64,000 bases of DNA from the NCBI RefSeq assembly GCF_009914755.1, contig NC_060929.1. One strand, 5' to 3'. This document shows, piece after piece, positions 44,467-62,739 of the stretch; the first letter of the stretch is position 1; each line of letters begins with the position of its first letter. The notes under the pieces were generated by a model that did not search any database, had not been told where the DNA came from, and saw only the letters and a list, made by a program, of their open reading frames with translations. This stretch comes from the human T2T-CHM13v2.0 reference genome, Homo sapiens. A program made the position numbers and the translations under genes.

Positions 44467-45593
44467 AAGGTAAGTGTCTTTAGCTCAACTTAAAAAATGA
44501 GGTAAAGGAAGCTCAGTAATAGTAAGTTCCCCAAGGTCACTCAGGTATCAAGGGCTACAGCAAGGATTATAAATGAGTGTTTTTCACTCCTAAGCATATG
44601 CATTTTTTACTAAGCCACATTACCTTTAAAATAAATTTATTACAAAAAAGAGAAAAGCAGGGATATAAAAGGTATTATTGGGCTCCTCTAATTTATTTTC
44701 ACTCTATCTGTAAGTGTATAATTTCTGAAATTGTTGTTAAATGAGGAGTTGAGGTTTACTTATAGTTAGACTATGTACAAAACTCAATAATTGAGTGAAC
44801 TCCATTGCATCATCTTGTAAATTTCTGAATAATATCATAAAATGAAGTGAGAAATAGCACAAGTTTATACACTGTACAGGGTATCTTTGGGAAACACAAA
44901 GAACAAACATTTGTCTAATAATCCCAATAATTCCTTTGACATGCAGGGGCGACAGTAGACCCCAGTATCGTGAACACAAATTTCCTTCTGTGCCTTGAAA
45001 GCATGAAGGTAATTTATTTACATGAAGAGCCTTAGAGGTTAAACCTGTGAGTTCAAAATTCAGGCTATTAAGAGTACTGTATCGTCAATATTGGAAAATA
45101 TCATTTAAACTTGTTTTATTAAATACTCGCATTTTTATTTTGCCTTCATAAAAGTGCTTTAAAAGTAGAAAAATATATTGATGGCAATACTGGTTTCCTT
45201 CTAGTACATTTGTTTTGACTCCTTTCCTTTCAATTGTCTTTCTTCCAAGAGTTGTAAAATTGTAGTTGCTTTAGCATCTAAATGTCTTTATGCATAGTAA
45301 AAACCTGTATAAAGAAAGCATCATGGGTAAAGCTTGATTTAAGTGTTTCATTTATGTTCCATTTCCTTGTCATGTAAAACCAAATATGTGGAAATTTCTT
45401 CCTAACAATTTTTTATATGTGAGTAAAATCCTAAGTTTGGACATTAGAAAGAGTAATGACATCAGATTTTAAAAGAGTTACTACTCATATAACTCAGAGA
45501 CTTGAGAAGCTTGGGTCCAGTAGATAATTGGAAAATTTTATTGGATTTTGATGCTTATCCACTCTGTTTATCAGCAATAATCTTACTCGTATT

Positions 45594-50077
<4,484 letters not shown>

Positions 50078-51899
50078 TAATCAAATGTAGATGAGTAGAG
50101 AATAAAATATATCTCATTTCCAAAGCACAGCCACTCATAACTAAAACCAATATATTAATTGATATCAGGTCTACTCTTTGTACCAGTTATATCCTCCTCA
50201 AACAGAAAGTTTACATTTTTAGGATAATTATTTGTTGGAGTGATAGAAAGGCTGTATTGTACTCTGAGCTATGGCTCAGAACAATATCTTTATATATGTT
50301 GAGCCTACTTTTAGAATATGTTAATGCAGATCCTTCTTTTATAGAGGTTAGGAATATACACACTATGCTCATTTATGCTAATTTATTTTATCAACCAGAT
50401 GTGAAATCAATAGGTATTGACTCTACTTTCCAACAAATGCTATAACAAATGACTGCTATAAAACTAAAATCAATTTTGTAAAGAGTCTCCAAAATGTATC
50501 TGGCTTAAGTTCTACAACTTTTTGTCGAAAGTAGCATCATTTTTTTGTATCAATCAGTTTTCATTAAAAATTTTAGAAAAATCTGTAGTGTGTTCACCAG
50601 TAAGGTAAAGTATTAAGTGATTTCGAGTGCAATATTAATAGTTTTCTAAGGCAATTGCTATTGATGGCTAATAAGCATTTTGAAATAAGTCAGGTAAAAT
50701 AATTATGGCCATTTTGTCAGGTGTTATGCTCTTATTCATTGCTTCATGTTGAAAAGACTCAGGATTATTTCCTTAAAAACAATCTTTGCTGTTTTCATGG
50801 CTCTTCTTTGACAACTCTCAATGTAAAGAGATGACTATTCTCAGAATATTTCGTATATTCTAAAAATAATATAGCACTCTTTCACTCAGCTAGATTTATA
50901 ATATGGACTACCTACACACAATCAGCATTACATAATATATGTATCCAGCTCTTTCCCTAAACTGTGATCCTCAAAGATCTACTCAACTTGTTCTCAAAGC
51001 CAACCATGAGCATTAATACTCAAGCCATCTGTAAATATGTTTTATGGAATCAATATTTGCACTGACATACAGAAGAAGATAAGAAGAAAATAAAAATTCA
51101 TGGTACAAATATGACAATCACAATTCATATTATTTGGAGAGGCAGAATATTCAACAATGTATTGACTTCTATTTGCAAAAATGAGAGTCACATTTCCTGA
51201 CTTCTTTATTAGTCAGTGGTTTAAATATATTTAATTCTATTGAATTTTCACTACAGAAGTTACTCAAGGAATTAGTTAATACTGTCTCCAAAGTAGTCTG
51301 CTTGATATAAAAATCCAGGAATAGAATAATTCCATTTGATTAATAGTCCTAACATTTGAGTTACCAATATTTTGTAAAAGAATTTTATTTCTAATTTCCT
51401 CAGATGTTGAGAAAGTATTTGAAGGCACCTGACAACAAAACCCTCAGAAGACTCAGGAGAAGGGTCATTAGCCACACTCTCTTACAGTCCTTCTCCTGTT
51501 TGGAATTCCAGTTTCCTATACAAAGGTGGCTGCGATGGGCCAGGGCCATGGCTGGAAGAGGTAAGACCTTCAACATAGCAGTCAACTTGGACATTATCAG
51601 ACTTGTTTTAACACAAAATGGTAAATATCCAATTATCAGATGAGATTCAACATTTTATGGCCTGCCATGTTGAAAACCCTAATGATAGGTCGCATTGTGA
51701 TCCCTGTAAACTGTCAACCAGGACTGCGAAAAGCACCATGACAAATGACTAAACATTGTCTCTACTAATCATATTTGGGGTTGGCCTGATGTACTAGCTA
51801 GAGTTTGTTTATTTTTCGTAAACAAATAAAATAGATAAAGCTCAAGTTTCCTATGTTCTTCTACAAGGCAGATTTTCTTCACCCCTCCCCTCAAAAGAA

Positions 51900-54800
51900 A
51901 ATCACTATTATTAATTTTAGTATCTCATTTGTCCAGATTTTAAAATTGTTATTACATACACATATATCCATGAAAAGATACCAAAATACTATGTTATTAA
52001 TATGTATCCAATAGTATTATATTCTGCATACTATCCTATAACATGTTTTTTTCTACTCAAAATTACCTTTTTGAGTTACCTCATGTAAATTAAACCATTT
52101 AGATATAGTGAATCTAATTTATTTATTTTGGTGCTATGTAGTAAGTATTCCAGTGTATATATGTACTATCATTGAATTCTCCATCCCTTTATTGATGGGT
52201 TTTTGATTTGTTTCCATTTCTCCCTATTACAAAAAAGGCTAGTGGATATCCCTGTGCATTTAGCTTTACATGCATATGTGAGTATAGAGAGAACAGAACT
52301 GTTGGGTTGTAGGATATGCTTATTTTCCACTTCAAGAGTTGCCCTCTAAAAGAAATTGGTATTGATTTACATCCCCACCTGCTGTGTGTCAGCAATCTAT
52401 TCTCACATCCTCCTATCATTTGGAATAGTTATAACTTTTGCCGTTATAATGAATTTGAAATGGTATCTCATTTTGTTTGGCATTCTTTTTCCCAACCAGT
52501 ACTATCTGTTTTATACTTACTCACCTGTTACCTGTTTTTTGAATAAATGATACATGTCCTTTGCCTACTTTCCACTGGATTCTCTTTTATCATATTCTTA
52601 TTGACAGATAAGAATTATTTGAATTTTTCTAATGTCTGCAATATATATTGGTTACATTTTCCAGCTTATTGCTTTTCTTTTAACTTGATAGTCCCCTTTT
52701 AATATAGAAATTTTGGATGTTATTATAATTAGGAATTGCTAATTTCTTACTTTATGATTTATGTCTTTTTCAAGAAAAATCTCTGCCAAAATGTTATATT
52801 AGTCTTAAGTATAGTTTTAAAGCTTTTTTTTCATGTGTTTATGTCTATATCTTATACATAATAATTTTATGTATGGTTTGACTCAGGTATTAAATTTTAT
52901 TATGGACATGTATTGCTCTGGCATTGTTTATGGAGTAACTACAGTTTCCCTTCTGATTTTTAATTCCTCCTATAGTGTAGAAAAAGATCCCAGAAAACAT
53001 TTAGTGTCTTAATTGCTCATCTGTTTCCTATCAATCTATCTTTTCCTGAACAAATATTACAGATCTTAATTACTATAGTTTTACAATAAGTTTTGATATC
53101 TGATTAAAGCAAGTTACCCCAACCTATGCTCCTTCAAAATATTGTGCTTACTAATAGTCCTTTAGCTCTTTGGTGTAAATGTTAGAAATTGCTTTTGAAA
53201 TTACAAGGTGTTTGAGTTGTAATTGCATTTAATTTTGTGATTAATTTAAAAAGATTTATATCTTTAATAATTGTTTTCAAATCTAAAGATTGTAAACATA
53301 TTTTTCCTTTTTATTCATGCATTCTCTAGGTCCCCATATGCCTTCTATTTTTAAAGTTGGGTGTATTGAGATATAATTTATATAGAAATTATAATAATTT
53401 CAGTATATTAACAATATATTAAACCATTTTAAGGTGTACAGTTCAATGAGTTTTGACAAATGTATAAAGTCATGTAACCATTACCTCAGAATATAGAATT
53501 TCTATCACTCCTTCTGTGGTTTGAATGTTTGTGCCTTCCCAATCCTAACTCATATATTGAAATTCTAATCCCCAAGGTCATGGATGGTATTAGGAGATGG
53601 GGCTTTTGGGTAGGTGATCAGGTCATTAGGGTTCCATCCTCATGAATGATATTAGTGCCCTTGTAAAAGGGGCAAGAGAGAGCTGCCTTGTCCTTTATAC
53701 CATGTGAGGACACAGGAATAAACCACCATCTATGAGGAAGGGGTCCTCACCAGACATTAAATTTGCTCATGCCTGGATCTTGGAGTTCTTAGAATCCAGA
53801 ACCATGAGGAATGAGTGTTGTTTACAAGCCACAAAGTTTGTGGTATTTTGTTATGACAGATGAAATGGACTAAGACAGCTCCAAAAAGTTTTGTTGTACC
53901 TCTCTGTAGTTAACCCACTCTCCTATCAGTAGCCCTTGGCAACCACTGATCTGATTTCTGTTCCTGTAGTTTCACCTTTTCCAGAGTATTATATCAATGA
54001 ATCATACAGCATGTATGATTTTCTTTACTTACAACAATGCTTTAAGATACATTCATGTTGTTCTATGAAAGGGTAATTTGCTCCTTTTTAGTTCTAAGTA
54101 GTATTCCATTGAATGGACGTACCATGACTTATTTATCCATTTACTTACTGATGAACATTTTTTAAAATTTCCACTTTGTAGTGATTACGAATAAACATTC
54201 ATTCACAGGTTTTGTGTGAACATATACTTTTATTTATCTTGAATGAACACCTAGGAATTTGGTTGCTGGGTCACATGGTAAGAGTATTTTTAACTTTATC
54301 AAAAAGCAGCCTACTTATTTTATTAATGACGTTAGCATTTTGCATTCTTACCAGTACTATATGAGAGTTCTAGCTGCTATGTAGTATCACTAGCACTTGA
54401 TACTTTCACTTTTATATTATTTTGGCTATTCTCAGAGATGTGTAATGGCATCTTATTTATGTTTTAATTTACATTCATTTACTAATGAATAATAATGTTG
54501 AGCATCCTTTTGTGAGCATTTTTTCATGTGCTTATTTGTCATCTCTTCTTGGTGAAGTGTATAATCAAAATATATGTTTAATTGGGTTGTTTCTTTCCTT
54601 GTTACTTTATAACAAAAATTGATCATTTTATTATTGCTATTGTACATAGTATCTTTTCTACTACATTTTGGGATTATTTTTGGTATATAAAATGTTATGT
54701 ATTTTTGAAGCCTAATCTTGCAGCTAAAAATGTGTTGAGTTTTTTTGTTGTTCTAATAATTTGCTATGGTTTTCTTGAAACTTCTAGATATATAATCCCA

Positions 54801-55690
54801 TTGTCTTTAAAAAATGAGTTTACCTCCTCTTTTTCACTATCTATATGCCATTCCATTTTCTGCACTGTTGATAAGTCTAATAAAATAGTGAATGAAAGGA
54901 ATTGTATCATTGATTTTCTCTTGCCTGTCATGAAAATACTTTTAAATTTTTACTCTTATGAATAATGCTTACTGTTATTTTTTAGAACACATCTTTTGTC
55001 CTGTAAAACATTTTTTTCTATTTCTAGTTTTCTAAGAGATTTTTAAAAATGCATGAACAAGTACTAAATATGGTTAGATATTATAATTCTGGAAATTTGA
55101 TTTATTAATGTGGTTAATTTTAATACTTAGTTTTTCTGAAAATGAAATAGTTTTGAATTCTGAAAGTAAATTGGATCTGATTATTACATTTGAAAATTGA
55201 TTCAATCTGGTAATATGTTATTCGGGACTTTTATATGTTATAAGTGAGATTGGTCTATAATTTTCTTTATTTTTAAAAAATATTTCTTGATTAGATTTAA
55301 TAACATATTTATGATAGATTTAGAAAATGTATAGAATAGCATTCCTTTTTTGCTATTCTCTGAAATAAGAAATATTCTGTAAAATATATTTACATTATAT
55401 TTCGTATATACTCTTTCACTTTATTAATTTTTAAATAAATTTTAATATATTTTAACATTTGTTTTAAAATACATTGATATAAAGATATTTGAATAATTCA
55501 CTTCTAAAATAATATATATATATAGTTTATACATTCTATTTTATGTTTCATAGTGTTCATTTATTCCTTCTCTCTCATTTCTTGAACACTGTTATGGAAG
55601 ATATGCTTGTTTTATTTTTTCAAAAGTTCATTTTTGTTGTAGTTGATCATTGCCATTCAAAAACATTTCTATTTCACTAATTCTGCTGCT
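51900..55690 (-). mobile_element. Degenerate L1M (ME/MC-like) with nested L1MB-like 3' end (about 53345-54590)
   Basis: Antisense L1M 3' UTR motifs ('gtgtacagttcaatgagttttgacaaatg', 'cccttggcaaccactgatctg'). Confidence 0.7.
53515..53877 (+). mobile_element. MLT1A-like solo LTR
   Basis: 'tgtggtttgaatgtttgtg...' to '...aatggactaagaca'. Confidence 0.85.
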
Positions 55691-55708
55691 AAAGATTTAA
55701 TTTTTCTA

Positions 55709-56007
55709 AGCCAGGTGCGGTGGCTCACTCCTGTAATCCCAGCACTTTGGGAGGCCGAGGAGGACAGATCACAAGGTCAGGAGATCAAGACCATCTTGGC
55801 TAACATGGTGAAACCCCGTCTCTACTAAAAATACAAAAAAAATTAGCCAGGTCTGGTGGTGGGTGCCTGTAGTCCCAGCTACTCTGGAGGCTGAGGCAGG
55901 AGAATGGCATGAATCTGGCAGGCGGAGCTTTCAGTGAGCCGAGATTGCGCCACTGCACTCCAGCCTGGGTGACAGAGCGAAACTCTGTCTCAAAAAAAAA
56001 AAAAAAA
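55709..56007 (+). mobile_element. AluY-like
   Basis: 'gagaatggcatgaa...ggcggagctt', A-tail, degenerate TSD aaagat...tttttct. Confidence 0.95.
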
Positions 56008-56842
56008 GATATCCTTTTTCTTTTAAAATTTCTTTAGACGTTTTGTGAGTCTATGGTAGAGAATTTCTTTTTCTCATTTTAAACCTCTACATGGTAAATG
56101 AGGTTCTCTGATCAGAACAGACAGGGAAGAAAACTATTGGGATAAATCAGTTCTTTAACAACTAAAATAAATATTTGCCTTAATTATGGTACCAAACTTA
56201 GTGATTAAAAAGCTTAATCATTAACTAAAAGTAATTATTATCATATACATGTATTCAGAACAAGATAGGTAACATGAAAGCCTTTACATTCATACACTAT
56301 CTACGTCATATTTCAACTCTGCCTAAAATATTATTTTATTCATTGTTTCACTCACTTATGGTAAAAAAAAACGTATTGAGAAACTTCCAAGGACCAGACA
56401 ATGTGCAAGCCATTCTAGAAGACAAGATTTTTTTCCCCTTATCCTCTATTTGAATAAGGAAATCAGGCATAGGAACTAACAATTGTAATGCAAGATAATA
56501 GGTTCTATTGCAGAGGCCTGTGCACCTACAACAGATGTGCTGCTGGGGTGGGTATGGGAGCAGAAGAGGTGAAGTGTCAGAACTGGTAAATGACTTTTCC
56601 TTGTTTCTTCAATGAGATGAACAAAGAAGGTAAGATGAGCATATGAAAGGTATAGTGATGTGGATAATCCAGATCTTTTGGTTTAGCTTGTTTGGTATGG
56701 CTGGGGCGCAGCGTGTGCAGAAGAGTTGAATGATTAAATGTAGCTGAGGGTGCCATAGATGCCATACTCACGCTTGGTAGAATGTTCATGATGGAAGTAG
56801 ATCATCATCTTCAAAGCTATTTTCCTCATTTTATAGGAATGG

Positions 56843-57130
56843 TGCCACGTATGAGTTCTCCCAAAGCGGAACCTGAGACAGACAGATGCAGGTAGTTTAT
56901 TTGGAGGTTATCCCAGGGAGATGGAGAGTGGGAGAGGGAAGAAAGCCAAAAATGGGTGTGCGGCGGCTGCTGCTGCTGCTGCTGTAGACAAGAGGAGTCA
57001 ACCCTGCAGGGACCTCTGAGAAACACGTGGAATGCCTTCCAGAGCTATCTATCTAAAGCCAGGGGCGGTGAGGGGGTGGGTGCTGGGCCACTTATCCATT
57101 GATACATGATTCCATTGACTGAGGGTTTTG
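56843..57130 (-). mobile_element. ERVL LTR16-like remnant with a (CTG)6 run
   Basis: 'cctgagaca...gtagtttatttggaggttatcccagg'. Confidence 0.6.
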
Positions 57131-57361
57131 AGAGAGAGTGGACAAACATAGCTTGTAACTGTGTGCCACAGCTATGACTGGAATCTAAGAATAAAAACCA
57201 TGTGCTACAGATGAAAAACGGAGGTAGGATTGGAGCCTAGGTCTCAGCTATACTGCACACTACCATGGGGTCTGATCACAGGATCTAACTTGCTCATAAG
57301 ATCTCCACTTGCTTTCCAGCTGTAGCGAAGGCAATTATGGAAAATATTTTCACTTATTTAT

Positions 57362-58070
57362 TGTATTAGTTTGGGTTATCTAGAAAGTGTATGCCAAGTT
57401 GGGATTAAGTATGCAAGAGCGTAATTAAGGAAAATGCATGTGAGACAAAAAAAGACACTTCTGTCTGTTGGTTTAAGAGTTGAATATTTACATATTAATT
57501 ATACATACTAAAATAAAAGGTGAAATATTATTCTTGTGCTATCCAAATTTTATACAGACTTCAGTGTTCAGTGAACAAGCTTTTGCAAAACTTTGTAAGT
57601 CTTTTCCCTCTCTATTAGATGGAGATATGAGTTCATTTGGAATTACATCAAAGGAAAAATTTTGGGAGAAACACTATGCTGTCATAATGATTTCTTTTCC
57701 TTTTGATGGCAAAAAAAGCCAGAGGTTGGAAAAGCTGTAAGTCCATGATGCAGATTACCCCTGTGGAGGAGAGGGGAAGGAAGGATGCTTGGGTAGAAAA
57801 GACCACAAGACTATAGCAGAGTTCTAAGGTAGGTTTGGAAAAGTTGATGAGAAGTCTTCAAGCCTAGGTGCTCATCAGTATAGTCTAGTACCACTCAGGA
57901 ATGAGCCTGCCTCAGTAGCCCTACCATGCTCAGTTATCAGCTTGTAGCAGCCTGTCAGCAGCGTGGCTGTGGCACCAACTTGCTGACGAATTTCTGAGTG
58001 CAGCAGCAGGGCCAGTTACTTACACACTCTGCACTGGGAAAGCTGAAAGGGACACTTTCATCCTCACCAC
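57362..58070 (-). mobile_element. ERVL LTR33-like remnant interrupted by a ~255-bp local duplicate
   Basis: 'tgtattagtttgggt...atgccaag...gcaagag' continues after 57710 with 'ccatgatgcag...cctgtggaggagaggggaaggaagg' and 'ccatgctcagttatc'. Confidence 0.6.
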
Positions 58071-59669
58071 AATTATCTTTTGATAAATGAAAGAGCACTC
58101 TTTTGAATCAAAAATAAGGTATCAGCTCTCCATACTTTTCTTATAATAGAGCAGGTGGAAGAGGGTACATTCCAGTATTTCTAGAAGACTACTCAAATTT
58201 TACCTAGAAGAGAGAGTGTTGTACTCATCCTGAAGAGAACACAAATTTCTTTCTGTGGAAACGCAAACTGGAACAACTGCCAATTTGCAAAACTGCCCCA
58301 GATTAGCTCTAAGAAGCATCTGGAACAACTTGGACCCCAGAACAGAAAGCACCTAGGAGCAGAAGCTGCTCTCATGAGGTTTATTCTTGTATCTGCAGCA
58401 TCTGGCATTTCATACAACCCAAGTTTTGCTGGCACTTGCCTTACTTACTTACTGTTAAAGTACTTTTTGCCTCCCCACAAATTTCCTTTTGCTACACTGT
58501 TTCCTAAATTCTTTTGGGAATGTCCCTCAACTTCAAAACCAAATCCTGTCAGCTATTATGAAGCATCTGATTTTTAAACTTCCATCCTAGTCTTCTTACA
58601 TTAGACACCTCTAGTAGCTGTTTTAGACAGCTATTTTGCTGGGGTTCTAAATGGGTTAAACTCTCCTGAAAGTATAAGTTCTTTAGTGAAATAAAGCCAT
58701 GTTGTATTCATGTGGAAATGAAGAGACTATTTCTCTTTGTCTGTTTAGAATTGAATATGTACATATTAATTACAGGTACCAAAAAGAAAAGGTAAGATAT
58801 TATTCTTGTGCTATCCAAATTTTATAGAGATTTTAGTGAACAAGCTTTTATCAGAACTTTGTATCATTGCTTTCTCTATTATATGGAGATATGAGTTCAT
58901 TTGAAATTATATCATTTTCCTTATGTCAAAGGAAAAATCTTTGGAAAAACACCATGCTGCCCTCATAATTTATTTTCCCTTTGATGACCAGCTCTTATCA
59001 AGCCAACATGGTTTGCCTGACTGCCTCTTTTCTGAGGAAGACTTCTCCCCTAGGAGACTCCTCAATTCCTTTTGCAAATATGTCATTGCTGGCTCATCCT
59101 ACCAGTTTGCTAGCCATGCCTTGACATGTTTCAATCCCAGTGGTGGACAGGCTTAAGCAGCAACCTCTGTTATATATGTCACTCTGAATGAACACCTATA
59201 GTTACTGTTCCAGGAAACCAATATCCTCTAATATCTGGTGTGGCATTTTATTTCTTCTTCTGAGCAGCCCTATTCTTTTAAACCAGAATTATCAGAACAT
59301 TTACTAACTGATTACCTCTCTGAGCACAGTGATACAAATATATTCTTAACTCGAAGATAACCTATGCCAAATTGATTCTACGTTAATACATTTGGCTTTC
59401 TCTTTTCATCCATGCCCTCCTATGAAGTCCAACTGAATTTTTGTATTCATCTTAAAAGTAATAGAAGAGAAAAATAGAAAAATAACACTTGGTCACTCAT
59501 CAAAAAACATGAGCAAAATGTATAGTGCATTTTCAGTTCAGTACATTGTAATTTTTATGAAATAAAAGCCAATAGAAATTATAACAAAAAGAGCTATCCT
59601 TTATGAAACCTCCTTGCTGTGCATTGATAGGCACTTCCGGTGTACTGCTTCTAATTTTTATAGTTACCT

Positions 59670-60383
59670 TGTGCTAGGATTTGGATGTTTCCCACTAAAA
59701 TTCATGTTGCAGTTTGATCGTCAGTGTGGCAGTGTTGGGAGGTGTGGCCCAGTGAGAAGTGTTTGGGTGAGGGGGGTGGATTTCTCATAAATAGATTAAT
59801 GCAGTCTAATTTAGAGAAGGTAGTTATAGAGTGAGATTCCTCCTTTTGTTTGGTCCCATTTTTGCACATGTCCGCTTCCCATTTGACCTTCTGCCATGTT
59901 GTGTTGCAGGACCAAGGCCCTTACCAGAAGCCAGCACCATGTCCTTGAACAGAGCAGCTTGCAGGACTATGAGGTAAATAAACCCCCTCCCTGCCTTTTT
60001 TTTTTTTTTTTTTTTTGAGATGGAGCCTCACTCTGTCACCCAGCCTGTAGTGCAGTAGCCTGATCTCCGCTCACTGCAACCTCCGCTTCCCAGGCTCAAG
60101 TGATTCTCTTGCATAAGACTCCCAAATAGCTGGGATTATAGGTGTGCACCACCACATCTGGCTTTTTTATTTATTTATTTATTTTTTGTATTTTTAGTAG
60201 GGACAGGGTTTTGCCATGTTGGCCAGGCTGGTCTTAAACTCCTGACCTCAGGTGATCTGCCCCTGCGTTGGCCTCCCAAAGTGCTGAAATTATAGGCATG
60301 AGCCACTGTGCCCGGCTAAAACACTTTTCTTTATACATTACCCACTTTTGGCTATTCCATTATAGCAAAACAAAACTAAGACA
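59670..60383 (+). mobile_element. MST-like (MaLR) solo LTR split by an Alu
   Basis: 'tttggatgtttccc...attcatgttg...gtgttgggaggtg'; ends 'aaactaagaca'. Confidence 0.75.
59996..60317 (-). mobile_element. Alu (AluS/J-like)
   Basis: Antisense full-length Alu with poly(T). Confidence 0.95.
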
Positions 60384-61154
60384 CCCTGCAAGTTTTGTAT
60401 GATTATCATACCACTTTATTCATATGAAAATTGAGGACTACTTCTCCCACCTTTATAATTCTGCAGTTATTGGTATTTTTTTGTTTCCAAAAACAGCAAT
60501 TCACATTGTTTCATTTAATTAAGAATAAGCACCTAAGAAGTGTGATACAAACTGAATGAAAAAGCCATGTTTATTGTCTGTGGATCACTTGTCTTAACGT
60601 TCCTCTTTTAAAGATGACTCATAATTTAATCCTGATTCAAAATAATAAACAACTATATACAGCTCTTGGTTTTTTTTAAGTGTCAAGTGAATAGTTGGAT
60701 TGGATCACCTTAAAGGTCACTCCGAATCCTGATAGTCCAGTTCCCAGAGGGTTCCAATTTGTGTTCTTCGGAATCCTAGGATTCTTCTGAGGTATCTCAG
60801 AAGCTGCAAGGGGACCAGGGAACAGATTTGGGGATAGTATTGTAGGTTCTCTAATTACTATAAATAGAACAGCTTCAGTTTCACTTGTTTTACTCAGTGA
60901 GGTTATACATAAAACACATTTTAATAATCTGAAAGCCACTGATATATGTGACAAGTATCACAGGAGTTTAGGGAAAATCTCACAATTTCTTCAAGTGTTC
61001 TCTTAAATTTGTTTGCCTCTCTTTTTGTTTGGCAGCCCAATCATACCGAAATAAGTTTTCCACATTCAAATTCCTTCTGCTTTGCTTTATGGTCGCTTCC
61101 TGGATTACAAAATCAGATAGCGTTTGAGAGCATAAGTAATGGCATCACATTGCC

Positions 61155-61350
61155 AGTGTTAGATGTCTGTCACCAATACTTAATACTACCTGTGTGACAT
61201 TGAGCAATTTACTCAACCTCTCTGAACATCAGACTTCCGTGCTCTAAACTGGGGATCATATTAACACTTTTTAACTGGGTTGCTTTAAGGATCAGATGAA
61301 TATAAAACAGATGCCTCTTTCAAGGTAAGTCATCAATAACTGTTAGCTCT
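61155..61350 (+). mobile_element. MIR fragment
   Basis: 'ctgtgtgacattgagcaatttactcaacctctctgaacatcag'. Confidence 0.7.
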
Positions 61351-62388
61351 AAGTATTAAATAGCTGCCTAATGATGGGTGTCACCTTTAATAATGCTTAA
61401 ATTCTTTTGGACATGACAAAAAGGCCATCTTCAATAAACTTTAATGTATCTAAGTTTCAGACATGGTATTTGATTTTATTTGACTTTCTAGTCATATGGT
61501 GCATGGCTTAATTTGCATTCTTTAGTAATATGAATTGCTATTCTCTCATTGTGTTGTTTTCTGGCCTACTGGCCCTACAACAGCAGCTTTAATATTATTT
61601 CTTTTTCTATAGATATATATAATGAAATACAGGATTTATTTTAATATTCTTCTGTATGATCTCCTTTTTTCATTATAACATATTTATAAGGACCTTAGAA
61701 ATATGAAAAAGAGTGCCTTCAATTTACATTTGACTCCAAGAGAACTGGACACATCTTCCTATGTGAATATGTTAATATTTAATACTATTGTGGCCTTGAT
61801 GTAGATATCTATAGATATGTCTTATTTTTCAGACGTTTACCTTTAGTCACTTTTTCCAAGGACCTGGGTTTTTTGGCCAAAATATGGTTCTTTAAACAGA
61901 GATTTGTTATAGAAGAGCTAGATTTACTTCAGGTTTATTGACTATTTAGTAGAAGGTCTCTGCTCAGGAAAACAGTCTTGTAATTGCTTAGCAATAATCT
62001 GGTATGTCTTCAATTGAGGCTTCACCCCATAAAAAGAATGTTTCTTATTTGTTAAATTGTTTTAGTCTTTTGCTTGAGTGCTTGAAACTCCATTTTCCTG
62101 GGCCCAGGTGTAATGTCACTGTCTAGGCCCTCCAGGTTTGTTACCTCAGACTTCTGGATAAAACTGATGAACTTCACGGAAGCATTTCTATTTATTTCTT
62201 GCTTCTGAATACCACAGCAACACGATGGAAACAAACTATGATACCATCTTAATTAGAGAATTATATTTCAGAGCCCACACCATCTATGTTTCCATATGTA
62301 GTAAATCACCAGAAAAAAGAAAAGACATTTTTGTTAAGGATAATGCCCATTGAATTTGAACTTTCAGAGCACGCATATTTTTTTCTAA

Positions 62389-62739
<351 letters not shown>

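Noticed and set aside
56967-56984. (CTG)6 as a polyQ or expansion locus
   Set aside because: Short, inside an LTR remnant, with no coding context.
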